Shown: piece by piece, positions 45,452-54,104 of the stretch
Layout: every line of letters begins with the position of its first letter
How positions within the stretch are numbered: position 1 is the stretch's first letter
Origin: an uncultured Clostridia bacterium
Lineage (GTDB): Bacteria; Bacillota; Clostridia; Christensenellales; Borkfalkiaceae
Direction of reading: 5' to 3'
Assembly: GCA_947625245.1 (NCBI GenBank)
Contig: CANQNO010000003.1
Span: 1,915 to 65,914, forward strand
DNA: 64,000 nucleotides
The notes under the pieces: model-generated
The model's database searches: none
The model's input: the letters and a program-made list of their open reading frames with translations, nothing else
Told to the model about the DNA's origin: nothing
Position numbers and translations under genes: made by a program

Positions 45452-46705
45452 TTACTTCGTTCTCGAAATTTTTACGTTGTCGTTTTCCCTGTTTCTCAAT
45501 TCTTTTACAGGGTGTTCGCTGTCCTGGTAGCGGAAGTCTTTTCCCAACTTTTCAATCGCCTTAGAAATGACGAGGTGGGAGGGATTCTTTTCGGGGTCGC
45601 CCGACATATAATTCTGGTATTCGAAATATCTGTGCCCGTCGGGGATTTTTTTGATTTCTTTATATTCGAATTTATCGCGGGTGTTGTCCGCAGTCAGGAG
45701 CACGGTATCGCCCAAAACTTTTCTGATATAATTCTTGTTTTCGCCGAGTTTTAAAAGTTTGGGGAATTCGCCCTCGCCGAATACCGATTCATAGCTCTTG
45801 TTTTCGTACTTTTTCAAAAGTTTTGCCGCCGTTTTAAGATGCGCGACTTCCATTTTGTAATGTTGCGCCCATATTTTTTTGATATATTCGTCCGTTTCGT
45901 CCTGCATTGCCGAATAATACAGCCAGCACTCTGTGTATTCGTGCATAACCCATTGTTCAAGCCAGGTCATGTTGGGGTCTTTAAGGCTTTCGTATTGGGT
46001 GACGTGCGCTTCCTCGATCATTGCTATTTCGGCATAGAGCTTGCGTCCCAAATCGTTTTTATACCACTGCGCGATGTTCATATAATAGTTCATTGTCTGC
46101 TGTTCGGCGGCGGTTATGGTGCAGGCGACGAGTTTGCTGTATAAATCGGCGGTCTGCGCGTTGAGATGGGGCTTTAAGTCGTCGGCGGGATATCTGTGCT
46201 CGGCAACGGTGGGGCGGCCGGGCATAATTTCGGTAAACTTGCCCACAAGCACGTCCGCGTCTATATCCTTGTCCGTTTTTAAAAGGTTGGCATAGCGGTA
46301 GAGGTGGTCGAAGTCCTCCAAAAGCGCAAAATTCAAAGCTCTTATGTTATTTTCGTCCTTTTCGTTGCGGGCAAGCGCGGCGGTGAGGTCTACTGCAAGC
46401 TGTTCGTAGCCTATCGTCGTTTCGAGAATACTTTCGTTAATGGGCTTTAAACAGCTTATGCGCTTTTGCTGTTGCTGTTCCTGACGGCGCACTACGGCAA
46501 GAGCTTCCAAAATTTCGGGTTCGTCGCAATGACGTGCAAAGTTGTGCATAAACCACTGCGATTCGAATTCCGTGCCGTTCATAAGAATTACGCGTGTTTT
46601 GGTGTAGGGAGAAGTCCTATCCTTGTTGTAACTTTTCGGGTACATTTTTTTCAGCGGTAAAAAGTTGTTTTCAAGCGATTTGCTTTTCTCTTTTATCGGG
46701 TTCAT
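45452..46705 (-). CDS. ferritin-like (di-iron carboxylate four-helix-bundle) superfamily protein, function unknown
   Basis: 417 aa. Paired E...(D/E)xxH motifs: GYEQLAV...LLEDFDH and TAAEQQT...MIEEAH, plus MEVAH. No closer family recognised. Confidence 0.55.
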   Translation of the reverse strand: MNPIKEKSKSLENNFLPLKKMYPKSYNKDRTSPYTKTRVILMNGTEFESQWFMHNFARHCDEPEILEALAVVRRQEQQQQKRISCLKPINESILETTIGYEQLAVDLTAALARNEKDENNIRALNFALLEDFDHLYRYANLLKTDKDIDADVLVGKFTEIMPGRPTVAEHRYPADDLKPHLNAQTADLYSKLVACTITAAEQQTMNYYMNIAQWYKNDLGRKLYAEIAMIEEAHVTQYESLKDPNMTWLEQWVMHEYTECWLYYSAMQDETDEYIKKIWAQHYKMEVAHLKTAAKLLKKYENKSYESVFGEGEFPKLLKLGENKNYIRKVLGDTVLLTADNTRDKFEYKEIKKIPDGHRYFEYQNYMSGDPEKNPSHLVISKAIEKLGKDFRYQDSEHPVKELRNRENDNVKISRTK

Positions 46706-46815
46706 AAAATACCTCCGAATAAGTTTTTGGCATTTTTATCTGAGTTAAACCCCACATTGTGTATTTTTTAGGATATTTGCTTGATTTTTACTCTGTATTG
46801 GGATAAAATAAGTAT

Positions 46816-48045
46816 ATGAGTGCAAACAGGGCAAAGCACAAAAAAATAGCGCTGTATATTTTTTACGGCGCGCTTACGGTAGCAATTCTCGTCACTGTTC
46901 TTTCTTTTAACGACATAGGCGAGATTTTTTCTGTAATGCAGACTGCAGATGTAAAATACATTTATATCGCGCTTGCCTTTTTGCTTGCATACGCGCTATT
47001 ATATCCATTGTCGACCTGTATCCTCGCAAAGGCGCAAAAACTGCCCACGCGGTTTGCAACCAACTATACGGTTGCCATGACCGAACATTTTTTTAACGGA
47101 ATTACGCCTTTTTCAACGGGCGGCCAGCCTTTTCAGGTCTATGCGTTCAAAAAATCGGGGGTAAAGATTTCCGAAAGCACAGGGCTTTTGATGATGAACT
47201 TCATAATATTTATGATAGTTACAAATCTCTTTGCCATGCTTTCTTTGATATATGCGACGAAATTTGTTACAACCGTGCCCATGATAGCTCTTGCGGTAGT
47301 GGGCTTTACAATGAATTTCGGCGTACTCGCGTTCTTGATCGCGCTTGCAACCAGCAAACGTCTGCGCGGCTGCCTCGTGTGGATAGTTGAGCATTTGGCT
47401 AAGATTAAATTTTTAAAAAAATTTCTCGAGCCTAAAATTCCTCAACTGACCGAATACTTTACGCAGGTACAATCGGCTTTTAAATCGCTTTTCAAAAAAG
47501 TCCATATATTTCTGCTGTGTATTCTCATAAAGATAATTACAATGGCGTTTTACTATGCCATAACTTTTTATATTCTTTTGGCTTTACATGTACCAGTGGG
47601 CTATGACGACCTGTTTTTTATAATGTGCGGAACTTCTTTTGCCATTACAATGGTTGTTTTTGTGCCTACACCGGGGTCGAGCGGCGGCATAGAGTTTGCC
47701 TTCGGCTCGGTTTTGGCAAACGTGGGCGGCGGGCTTTCCGCAACCGTGAGTTACGGCGGCATGCTCATATGGCGGCTTTTGAGCTATTATCTCATGATGG
47801 CGTTCAGCCTGTTGTTTTATATAGCCCTCGAAATTGTCTTTAAAGTTAAGTCCAAAAAGGTTGCGGCTATTGCGGAATCCGCCGAAGAGGACGCGCCCGA
47901 CGCCGCAGACGGCAGGGAGGAAAGTCCGCCCGCAGAGATTTTAAAAGACGCCGTTCCGTCCGAATATGCGGAAAGCGGCGAACCCCGTGAAACAGGCGAG
48001 AACGGCGAAAGCTGTTCTAAGGACATTAACCGTACGGAGAATTGA
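46816..48045 (+). CDS. flippase-like / lysylphosphatidylglycerol-synthase TM-region family membrane protein (UPF0104) with acidic C-tail
   Basis: About 8 TM, with the FFNGITPFSTGGQPFQVYAFKK motif typical of the MprF TM/TIGR00374-like family. About 60 aa of acidic tail. Confidence 0.65.
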   Translation: MSANRAKHKKIALYIFYGALTVAILVTVLSFNDIGEIFSVMQTADVKYIYIALAFLLAYALLYPLSTCILAKAQKLPTRFATNYTVAMTEHFFNGITPFSTGGQPFQVYAFKKSGVKISESTGLLMMNFIIFMIVTNLFAMLSLIYATKFVTTVPMIALAVVGFTMNFGVLAFLIALATSKRLRGCLVWIVEHLAKIKFLKKFLEPKIPQLTEYFTQVQSAFKSLFKKVHIFLLCILIKIITMAFYYAITFYILLALHVPVGYDDLFFIMCGTSFAITMVVFVPTPGSSGGIEFAFGSVLANVGGGLSATVSYGGMLIWRLLSYYLMMAFSLLFYIALEIVFKVKSKKVAAIAESAEEDAPDAADGREESPPAEILKDAVPSEYAESGEPRETGENGESCSKDINRTEN

Positions 48046-48046
48046 A

Positions 48047-48898
48047 ATGCAGGATAAAGTTACCGAAGAAGCTATTTCCGTCGTGTACAGCGGCAACAAA
48101 AAAATATACGAAGGTTTGGTGTTGTCCGCGCTTTCGGTCGCGAGCAAAAGCGCCCGCCCCGTAAAAGTGCATGTGCTCACGATGGAGCTAACCGACGTCG
48201 ATGAACGCTACACGGCTATAACGGAAGAGCAGACAATAAAGCTCGACAAGGCGTTAAAGACAGTAAATCCCGCAAACGAAGCTATAAGACTGGACGTGTC
48301 CGAATATTTCAGACGGGAACTTCTGAACAGCAAAAATCTGAAAAACAATTTTACGCCGTACGCAATGCTCAGGCTTTTAATGGATTTTTGCGACCTTCCC
48401 GACAGAGTGGTTTATCTTGACGTCGACACGATGTGCTGTTCGGATTTAGGGCAATTGTTTGACATAAATATCGATAATTACGAATTTGCCGCGGCGCTTG
48501 ATAAAGTAGGGCATATTTACGTGCGCCCCAAATATTGCAACAGCGGCGTTTTGTACATGAATATGAAGCGCATGCGCGAAACGGGGCTTTTTGTGTGCGC
48601 AAGGGAAAAGGTCAACAAAAAGAAGCTGTTTATGCCCGACCAGTCGGCTTTGAATTTTTTATGCAAAAGCAAGCTGATTTTGCCTTACCGCTTCAACGAA
48701 CAGCGAAAAATAAAAGAGGATACGGTAGTCAAGCATTTCTGCCGATATTTCAAGTGGTTCGGTCCGTTTTTTAAACTTAAAAACGTAAAGCAGTGGCAAC
48801 GCGACGACGTCCACAACGTGCTTAAAATTTACGACTTCGATTACATATACGAACTTTACGACAAGCTCGACGAAATTTATAAATTCAAGGAGGACTGA
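48047..48898 (+). CDS. glycosyltransferase family 8 protein
   Basis: NFTPYAMLRLL, DxD in YLDVDTMC, NSGVLYMN and DQSALN motifs. SD GGAGA; the ATG lies 1 nt after the upstream stop. Confidence 0.8.
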   Translation: MQDKVTEEAISVVYSGNKKIYEGLVLSALSVASKSARPVKVHVLTMELTDVDERYTAITEEQTIKLDKALKTVNPANEAIRLDVSEYFRRELLNSKNLKNNFTPYAMLRLLMDFCDLPDRVVYLDVDTMCCSDLGQLFDINIDNYEFAAALDKVGHIYVRPKYCNSGVLYMNMKRMRETGLFVCAREKVNKKKLFMPDQSALNFLCKSKLILPYRFNEQRKIKEDTVVKHFCRYFKWFGPFFKLKNVKQWQRDDVHNVLKIYDFDYIYELYDKLDEIYKFKED

Positions 48899-48900
48899 TT

Positions 48901-50052
48901 ATGGAAATTGCGAACGGAATTTATTATGTAGGCACTGACGACAAAGATATCGACTTGTTCGAGGGAATTTTGCCCGTGAAACACGGCATGGCTTATAATT
49001 CGTACATAATCAAAGACGAAAAAATCGCCGTGCTCGACAGCGTGGACGCGCATTTCGGCGACGAGTGGCTCAAAAATATACAAAATACTCTCGGCGGCGC
49101 GAAGCCCGACTATCTTGTGGTTTTGCATATGGAGCCCGATCACTCTGCAAACGTGCTTAAATTTGCCCAAAAATATCCCGAAGCCGAAATAGTGGGAAAC
49201 TTCAAAACTTTTGTAATGCTTAAAGAATATTTCGGCACGGATTTTAACGGCAGGCAAAAAGTTGTAAAAGACGGCGAAAAATTGAGCCTCGGCAAGCACG
49301 AACTCAACTTTGTTTTTGCGCCGATGGTGCATTGGCCTGAAGTTATGACGGCTTACGAGAGCTTTACCAAAACGTTGTTTTCCGCCGATGCCTTCGGCAA
49401 ATTCGGCGCGAATTCGCATAATGAAGAGTGGGACGGGGAAGCCCGCCGCTATTATTTTGCCATAGTCGGCAAGTACGGCGTTCAGGTGCAGTCTCTCTTG
49501 AATAAGCTTTCCGCATACGAAATCAAGACTATATGTGCCCTTCACGGACCCGTTTTAAAGGAAAATCTAAATCATTATTTAGAGCTTTATACCAAGTGGG
49601 CGGCTTATAAACCCGAAATTGACGGGGTTTTTATAGCGTATTCGTCCGTTTACGGACACACTAAGGCTGCCGCCGAAGAACTTTATGCAAAGCTTATTAA
49701 ATCGGGCGTAAAAGCCGAAATTTGCGACGTTGTGCGCACCGAAAGGACTTTTTGCATAGCAAAGGCGTTTGAATATTCCAAAATAGTATTCGCAACTACA
49801 ACCTACAATGCCGATATTTTTCCCGCCATGCGCGAATTTATCGACTGCCTGACCGAAAGAAACTTTCAAAACCGTACTGTGGGAATAATTGAAAACGGCA
49901 GCTGGGCGCCTTTTGCCAAAAAAGTGATTACGGCAAAACTCGAAAAGTGCAAAAATCTGAATTTTACGGATACGACCGTAACTGTACATTCGGCTTTAAA
50001 CGACGAAAGCCGCGCACAGATCGACAGCCTTGCAAGCGAACTTTTAAAATAA
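48901..50052 (+). CDS. flavodiiron protein (FprA-type, MBL-like plus flavodoxin domains)
   Basis: Di-iron motif HMEPDHS, followed by a C-terminal flavodoxin-like domain (IAYSSVYGHTK). Confidence 0.85.
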   Translation: MEIANGIYYVGTDDKDIDLFEGILPVKHGMAYNSYIIKDEKIAVLDSVDAHFGDEWLKNIQNTLGGAKPDYLVVLHMEPDHSANVLKFAQKYPEAEIVGNFKTFVMLKEYFGTDFNGRQKVVKDGEKLSLGKHELNFVFAPMVHWPEVMTAYESFTKTLFSADAFGKFGANSHNEEWDGEARRYYFAIVGKYGVQVQSLLNKLSAYEIKTICALHGPVLKENLNHYLELYTKWAAYKPEIDGVFIAYSSVYGHTKAAAEELYAKLIKSGVKAEICDVVRTERTFCIAKAFEYSKIVFATTTYNADIFPAMREFIDCLTERNFQNRTVGIIENGSWAPFAKKVITAKLEKCKNLNFTDTTVTVHSALNDESRAQIDSLASELLK

Positions 50053-50055
50053 ATT

Positions 50056-50523
50056 ATGGATAAGATAGAAAGTTTTAAAGTTAACCATCTTACGCTCGAA
50101 CCGGGGCTTTACGTGTCGCGCACGGACGAAAGAGAGGGGGTAAAGGTGACGACCTTTGATTTGCGCTTCACCTCGCCCAACCGCGAACCAGTTATGGATG
50201 TGCCGGCTATACATACGATAGAACACCTCGGCGCAACATTTTTGCGCAATTCCTCAAGGAAGGAAGAGGTGCTGTATTTCGGGCCTATGGGTTGCCGCAC
50301 GGGTTTTTACCTTTTGATGTTCGGCGGGCTTTCGCCTAAAAACATATTTTCGCTCGTGCTTGAAATGTGCGACTATATTTTGGAGTTTGATGGCGATATC
50401 CCGGGCGCTAAACCCGAGGAGTGCGGGAACTTTTCCGAGCAGAATTTGTCCGTCGCCAAATATTATGTAAAAAGATATAAATCCGATTTAAAGCGGTTTA
50501 AGCGCTTTGTATACAAGCAATAA
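50056..50523 (+). CDS. luxS: S-ribosylhomocysteine lyase
   Basis: HTIEH metal motif and GPMGCRTGFY. Confidence 0.95.
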   Translation: MDKIESFKVNHLTLEPGLYVSRTDEREGVKVTTFDLRFTSPNREPVMDVPAIHTIEHLGATFLRNSSRKEEVLYFGPMGCRTGFYLLMFGGLSPKNIFSLVLEMCDYILEFDGDIPGAKPEECGNFSEQNLSVAKYYVKRYKSDLKRFKRFVYKQ

Positions 50524-50630
50524 TGTTTGGTTTTTAGGCGTTTACGTGTGGCGAAGTACTATGAAAAGCGCCGAATTGGGATAAAAATCGGTCATTTTAG
50601 CTGTTTTTTATTTTTATGCCGGTAAATCAA

Positions 50631-50659
50631 TTGATTTTTTTGCGGCGACGGTGTATTAT
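50631..50659 (+). promoter_or_regulatory. candidate promoter for tRNA-Arg
   Basis: TTGATT (50631-50636), 17 nt, TATTAT (50654-50659). The tRNA starts 14 nt later. Confidence 0.45.
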
Positions 50660-50672
50660 ATTAAAGCAATTT

Positions 50673-50747
50673 GCTTCCGTAGTTAAATGGATATAACAAG
50701 CCCCTCCTAAGGGCTAGTTATGGGTTCGATTCCCGTCGGGAGTACCA
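50673..50747 (+). tRNA. tRNA-Arg (anticodon CCU), CCA encoded
   Basis: Hand-folded cloverleaf. Acceptor GCUUCCG/CGGGAGU (2 G-U pairs), D stem GUUA/UAAC, anticodon stem AGCCC/GGGCU with loop CU-CCU-AA, T arm AUGGG-UUCGAUU-CCCGU, discriminator A, CCA. Confidence 0.9.
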
Positions 50748-50757
50748 GATTGATAAT

Positions 50758-50810
50758 AATCCGAACCTTGTAGCGGTTACCCGCGACGGTTCGGATTTAT
50801 CATTTTCTTC
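50758..50810 (+). terminator. two-tier hairpin / terminator after tRNA-Arg
   Basis: AATCCGAACC (50758-50767) pairs with GGTTCGGATT (50788-50797). Inner stem GCGG TTAC CCGC. Followed by TATCATTTTCTTC. Confidence 0.5.
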
Positions 50811-50866
50811 AAAAAATAACTGTGAGATTTCAATGACTATACGTTTGCTTTTCCACTTGTGAATAC

Positions 50867-50895
50867 TTGAAAAAATTTTTGCTTTATGCTATAAT
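50867..50895 (+). promoter_or_regulatory. extended -10 consensus promoter of the R-M operon
   Basis: TTGAAA (50867-50872), 17 nt ending in TGc, then TATAAT (50890-50895). Confidence 0.6.
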
Positions 50896-50926
50896 AAAAG
50901 AAACTATACGCGTGGAGAAACCCATT

Positions 50927-51934
50927 TTGAAAAGCATTGAACTTTTTGCGGGTGCGGGCGGATTAGCTCTTGGTTTGGAGCAGGCTGGCTTTGAGCATAT
51001 AGGTTTGGTTGAATACGACAGAAGTGCCGCCAATACTTTAATAATGAACCGTCCGAAATGGAATGTTTTGTGTGAGGATATAGCTCTTACTGCTCAACGC
51101 GACCTTGAAAAGGAATTTAATATAAAAAAAGGCGAATTGGACTTATTATCTGGCGGTGCGCCTTGTCAATCGTTTAGTTATGCAGGAAAAAGACTTGGGC
51201 TACAAGACGTTCGTGGCACAATGTTTTATTATTATGCTACTTTTTTAGAGCAATTACAGCCGAAGATGTTTCTTTTTGAAAATGTACGGGGATTGCTTTC
51301 GCACGATCGTGGGAAAACATATCGAACGATTTTAAGTATTTTTGAGGAGAAAGGATATCAAACTTGCCACGAAGTGTTGAATTCTTGGGATTATGGTGTT
51401 CCCCAAAAGAGGGAACGTCTTATAACTGTCGGAATACGTAAAGACTTAAAAAATAAATGCGCGTTTTCATTTCCTATGAAACACAGTTATAAGCCTATTA
51501 TGCGTGACGTTAAGCTTGATACAAATCCGTCAGACGACGAATGTTCGAGATATTCTCCTTATAAGGAAAAGGTTTTTTCGTTGGTTCCTCCGGGAGGATA
51601 TTGGCGTGATATAGACCCCGAAATAGCCAAAGAATACATGAAAACATGTTGGTATATGGGCGGTGGCAGAACGGGAATTTTAAGAAGGATTGGGCTTGAC
51701 GAACCGTCATTAACGGTTTTAACAAACCCTGGCATGAAGCAGACCGATAGATGTCACCCGTTAGAAGTTCGGCCGTTTTCATATAGGGAAAATGCGCGAA
51801 TTCAAACTTTCCCTGATGATTGGGTATTTTGGGGTACTTTGGCGGAGAAATATAGACAAGTCGGTAATGCCGTTCCTGTCAGATTGGCTTTTGAAGTAGG
51901 CTCAAAAATTAAAGAAGCATTGGAGAAAATATGA
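50927..51934 (+). CDS. DNA (cytosine-5)-methyltransferase, Type II
   Basis: Motif I ELFAGAGGL, IV GGAPCQSFS, VI FENVRGL, VIII QKRERL, IX RENARIQTFPD, X GNAVPV. TTG 50927 lies 9 nt after GGAGA; the ORF-track start 50867 sits inside the promoter. Confidence 0.9.
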   Translation: MKSIELFAGAGGLALGLEQAGFEHIGLVEYDRSAANTLIMNRPKWNVLCEDIALTAQRDLEKEFNIKKGELDLLSGGAPCQSFSYAGKRLGLQDVRGTMFYYYATFLEQLQPKMFLFENVRGLLSHDRGKTYRTILSIFEEKGYQTCHEVLNSWDYGVPQKRERLITVGIRKDLKNKCAFSFPMKHSYKPIMRDVKLDTNPSDDECSRYSPYKEKVFSLVPPGGYWRDIDPEIAKEYMKTCWYMGGGRTGILRRIGLDEPSLTVLTNPGMKQTDRCHPLEVRPFSYRENARIQTFPDDWVFWGTLAEKYRQVGNAVPVRLAFEVGSKIKEALEKI

Positions 51935-52755
51935 GCTGGGATTTGACTTTTATAAGTGAAGAAGATTTTTCTAATCATGTTAAAGAAACAATTAAAAAGT
52001 ATGGCGAAAAGCTCGAATCGTTTGACTTAAGACGGTTCAATAAAAACATTATTGACCCTGTAAAATTGATATTTGATAAAACTGTTTATCAATCTTCTTG
52101 GGATGAAATAGTTAGCAATGAAATTTTCAGACAAAGGGATAAATCGAATAATAACGATATAGGGTATTTTCACCAAAGAATTTTTCAATATATAGCAAAT
52201 TGTCATGTCCCGCCTAACGGAGAGGAAGGCGGATGGGATGTCATTTATTCTAATGAAAGCGGAATCGTAATCCCCGAAGCGGGAACAGTTCATAAGGTTT
52301 ATGTTGAAATGAAAAATAAGCATAACACCATGAATTCCGCTTCGAGCAGTAAAACTTTTATTAAAATGCAAAATCAATTGTTAAATGATGATGATTGTGC
52401 GTGTTTTTTGGTAGAAATTATTGCCCAACGTTCGCAAAATATTAAGTGGGAAACCACTGTGGATAAGAAAAAAGTCGGGCATAAGTTAATCCGTCGAGTA
52501 AGTATTGACCAATTTTATGATTTGGTGACAGGACAAAATGATGCTTTTTATAAGGTGTGTATGGTTTTGCCTTCGGTAATTGAAAAGGCAGTAAGCGAGC
52601 TTGACAGTACGATCGTGCCGCATGATACTGTCATTGAGGAATTAAAAGCAATGGCAGAAAAAATGGATTTTGAATCAAAGGATTTAGCGATTGCGATGGC
52701 TGCCTATATGTTAGGATTTAGCAGTTATATCGGCTTCAAAGAAGAAAGTAAGTAA
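51931..52755 (+). CDS. Type II restriction endonuclease, PD-(D/E)xK (Eco47II/Sau96I-like by recollection)
   Basis: ATGA overlap with the MTase stop. GWDV...VYVEMKNK gives a D...ExK catalytic pattern. NIIDPVKLIFD / IGYFHQRIF / KNKHNTMNS resemble the remembered RE_Eco47II family. Confidence 0.65.
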   Translation: MSWDLTFISEEDFSNHVKETIKKYGEKLESFDLRRFNKNIIDPVKLIFDKTVYQSSWDEIVSNEIFRQRDKSNNNDIGYFHQRIFQYIANCHVPPNGEEGGWDVIYSNESGIVIPEAGTVHKVYVEMKNKHNTMNSASSSKTFIKMQNQLLNDDDCACFLVEIIAQRSQNIKWETTVDKKKVGHKLIRRVSIDQFYDLVTGQNDAFYKVCMVLPSVIEKAVSELDSTIVPHDTVIEELKAMAEKMDFESKDLAIAMAAYMLGFSSYIGFKEESK

Positions 52756-52852
52756 GAAGTCAAGATGAAAATAAGGGGCTTGCTGTCTTTGCAGTCGCAT
52801 TGGAAATGAAAGTAGCGAGTGCGGAACAGTTTGCTCCTTTTGTATAAAAATG

Positions 52853-52880
52853 AACGCAGATTGTTTGATTTGCGTTTTTT
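52853..52880 (+). terminator. hairpin plus T-tract (terminator 1 of 3 after the R-M pair)
   Basis: AACGCA (52853-52858) pairs with TGCGTT (52871-52876), followed by TTTT. Confidence 0.45.
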
Positions 52881-52902
52881 GTGTTGTACCATATGGCATG
52901 AA

Positions 52903-52942
52903 GCCGCCCATTGCCGAAAGGCAAGGGCGGCTCCTGTTTTTT
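52903..52942 (+). terminator. long GC hairpin with GAAA tetraloop (terminator 2 of 3)
   Basis: GCCGCCC-A-TTGCC GAAA GGCAA-GGGCGGC, then TCCTGTTTTTT. Confidence 0.55.
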
Positions 52943-52947
52943 ATTTC

Positions 52948-52972
52948 GGCGGCAGAAGTTGCCGCCTTTTTT
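52948..52972 (+). terminator. canonical intrinsic terminator (3 of 3)
   Basis: GGCGGCA GAAGT TGCCGCC followed by TTTTTTGCTTTTT. Confidence 0.75.
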
Positions 52973-52977
52973 GCTTT

Positions 52978-53901
52978 TTATTCCACCGCGGGCAAGGTTT
53001 GCTCGTCCGTTTGGGGCTGTGCGTGTTGCTTTTCGACCAGTGACCGCACAAAAATGTCGGTGTTCACGTCGCACACTCCGAAAGAATAGATTGCAAAAGG
53101 CACCATAAAAAGTATGGCAAGAATTGGGGATAATAGGTACAGCAAGGCGTCAGCGGCGACGTTTATCAACAGAATTACAAACAAAACTCCCAAATGCCGC
53201 AACGCGTTTTTGAAAGTGAGAACCTCTTTCAGCTTTAAGTTGCCTTCCTTGTAAACTATCCACGAGCCCAAAAGCGAAATGAAAGCAATAACTATGAGAA
53301 GGGCAAATGCGACCAAAAAGCTGTAACCCTCTATAACGGGCAACAGCGCGAAAAAAGTGCCCAAAATCAAACTCTGCAAGAGCGGTACCACCGTATGGGC
53401 TATTATAAGCTTTTTAAAATTACGCTTTGCGTTTTTGCGCCTTATGGCGTATCTTGTGGCAAAGTTTGCAAGGTTTATGCCCACGTACACCGTTGCAAGG
53501 GCGACGGACAGGCTCGCCATTACTTTGCCTTTAAATTCATTTATGATGCCGCTCAGTTGTGCGCCGAAATTTTCGGACGAGACGTTAAGGGTGTCAAAAA
53601 AGCCTTTAAAAGTTTCGGTAAGCCAATTTGTAGAAAAAATTTGTTTAAGTGTTGCAAAAAAATTGCCGTTCCACTCGATCTTTGCGAAAGAATAGTTTAA
53701 AAAGTCTTGAACCGAAGCGGAGGACTGCTGGACTGAGGAGTTTATCAATGCCCCAATGTCGCCTATGGTTCGGGAAAGATTTTGCAAAGTTGCGCTTATG
53801 AACACATAAGCCCCGATTATCAAAAAGAGGTATACGAGCCCCATCGCTATGAACAGGTATACGAGATTTTTTACGAAAATTTTAAGAGAGTCCTTTATCA
53901 T
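52978..53901 (-). CDS. hypothetical polytopic membrane protein
   Basis: 307 aa, about 6 TM helices with a large extracytoplasmic loop. No recognisable motif. Confidence 0.55.
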   Translation of the reverse strand: MIKDSLKIFVKNLVYLFIAMGLVYLFLIIGAYVFISATLQNLSRTIGDIGALINSSVQQSSASVQDFLNYSFAKIEWNGNFFATLKQIFSTNWLTETFKGFFDTLNVSSENFGAQLSGIINEFKGKVMASLSVALATVYVGINLANFATRYAIRRKNAKRNFKKLIIAHTVVPLLQSLILGTFFALLPVIEGYSFLVAFALLIVIAFISLLGSWIVYKEGNLKLKEVLTFKNALRHLGVLFVILLINVAADALLYLLSPILAILFMVPFAIYSFGVCDVNTDIFVRSLVEKQHAQPQTDEQTLPAVE

Positions 53902-54028
53902 AAATACCTTGTAAAATTCATTTTGCCCGCACGGGCGTCTGTATCATTTTAGCTTAAAAACGGATTGCGGTCAAGTGCGTACCGCCTGTTTTGCATCAAA
54001 AATGCCTCCGCATCGGATTTTATTGCGT

Positions 54029-54057
54029 TTGACTTTTAAGTTTTAAAGTTTTATAAT
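54029..54057 (+). promoter_or_regulatory. consensus sigma-A promoter for bioY
   Basis: TTGACT (54029-54034), 17 nt, TATAAT (54052-54057). Confidence 0.6.
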
Positions 54058-54104
54058 TTATTAGAAAAAAGCGGTTGAAAACCGTAAAAACAGAGCTGAA
54101 ATTC

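Noticed and set aside
52886-52891. Possible att-type direct repeat of the tRNA-Arg 3' end downstream of the R-M pair.
   Set aside because: Only the hexamer GTACCA recurs, which is far too short to support an integration site.
52760-53108. Small overlapping ORFs (52819-53043, 52850-53089, 52911-53108 on +; 52760-53074 on -), and a 14-codon ATG ORF at 52765.
   Set aside because: They run through the terminator hairpins or antisense to the membrane-protein gene. There are no SDs and the composition is Arg/Cys/Phe-rich.
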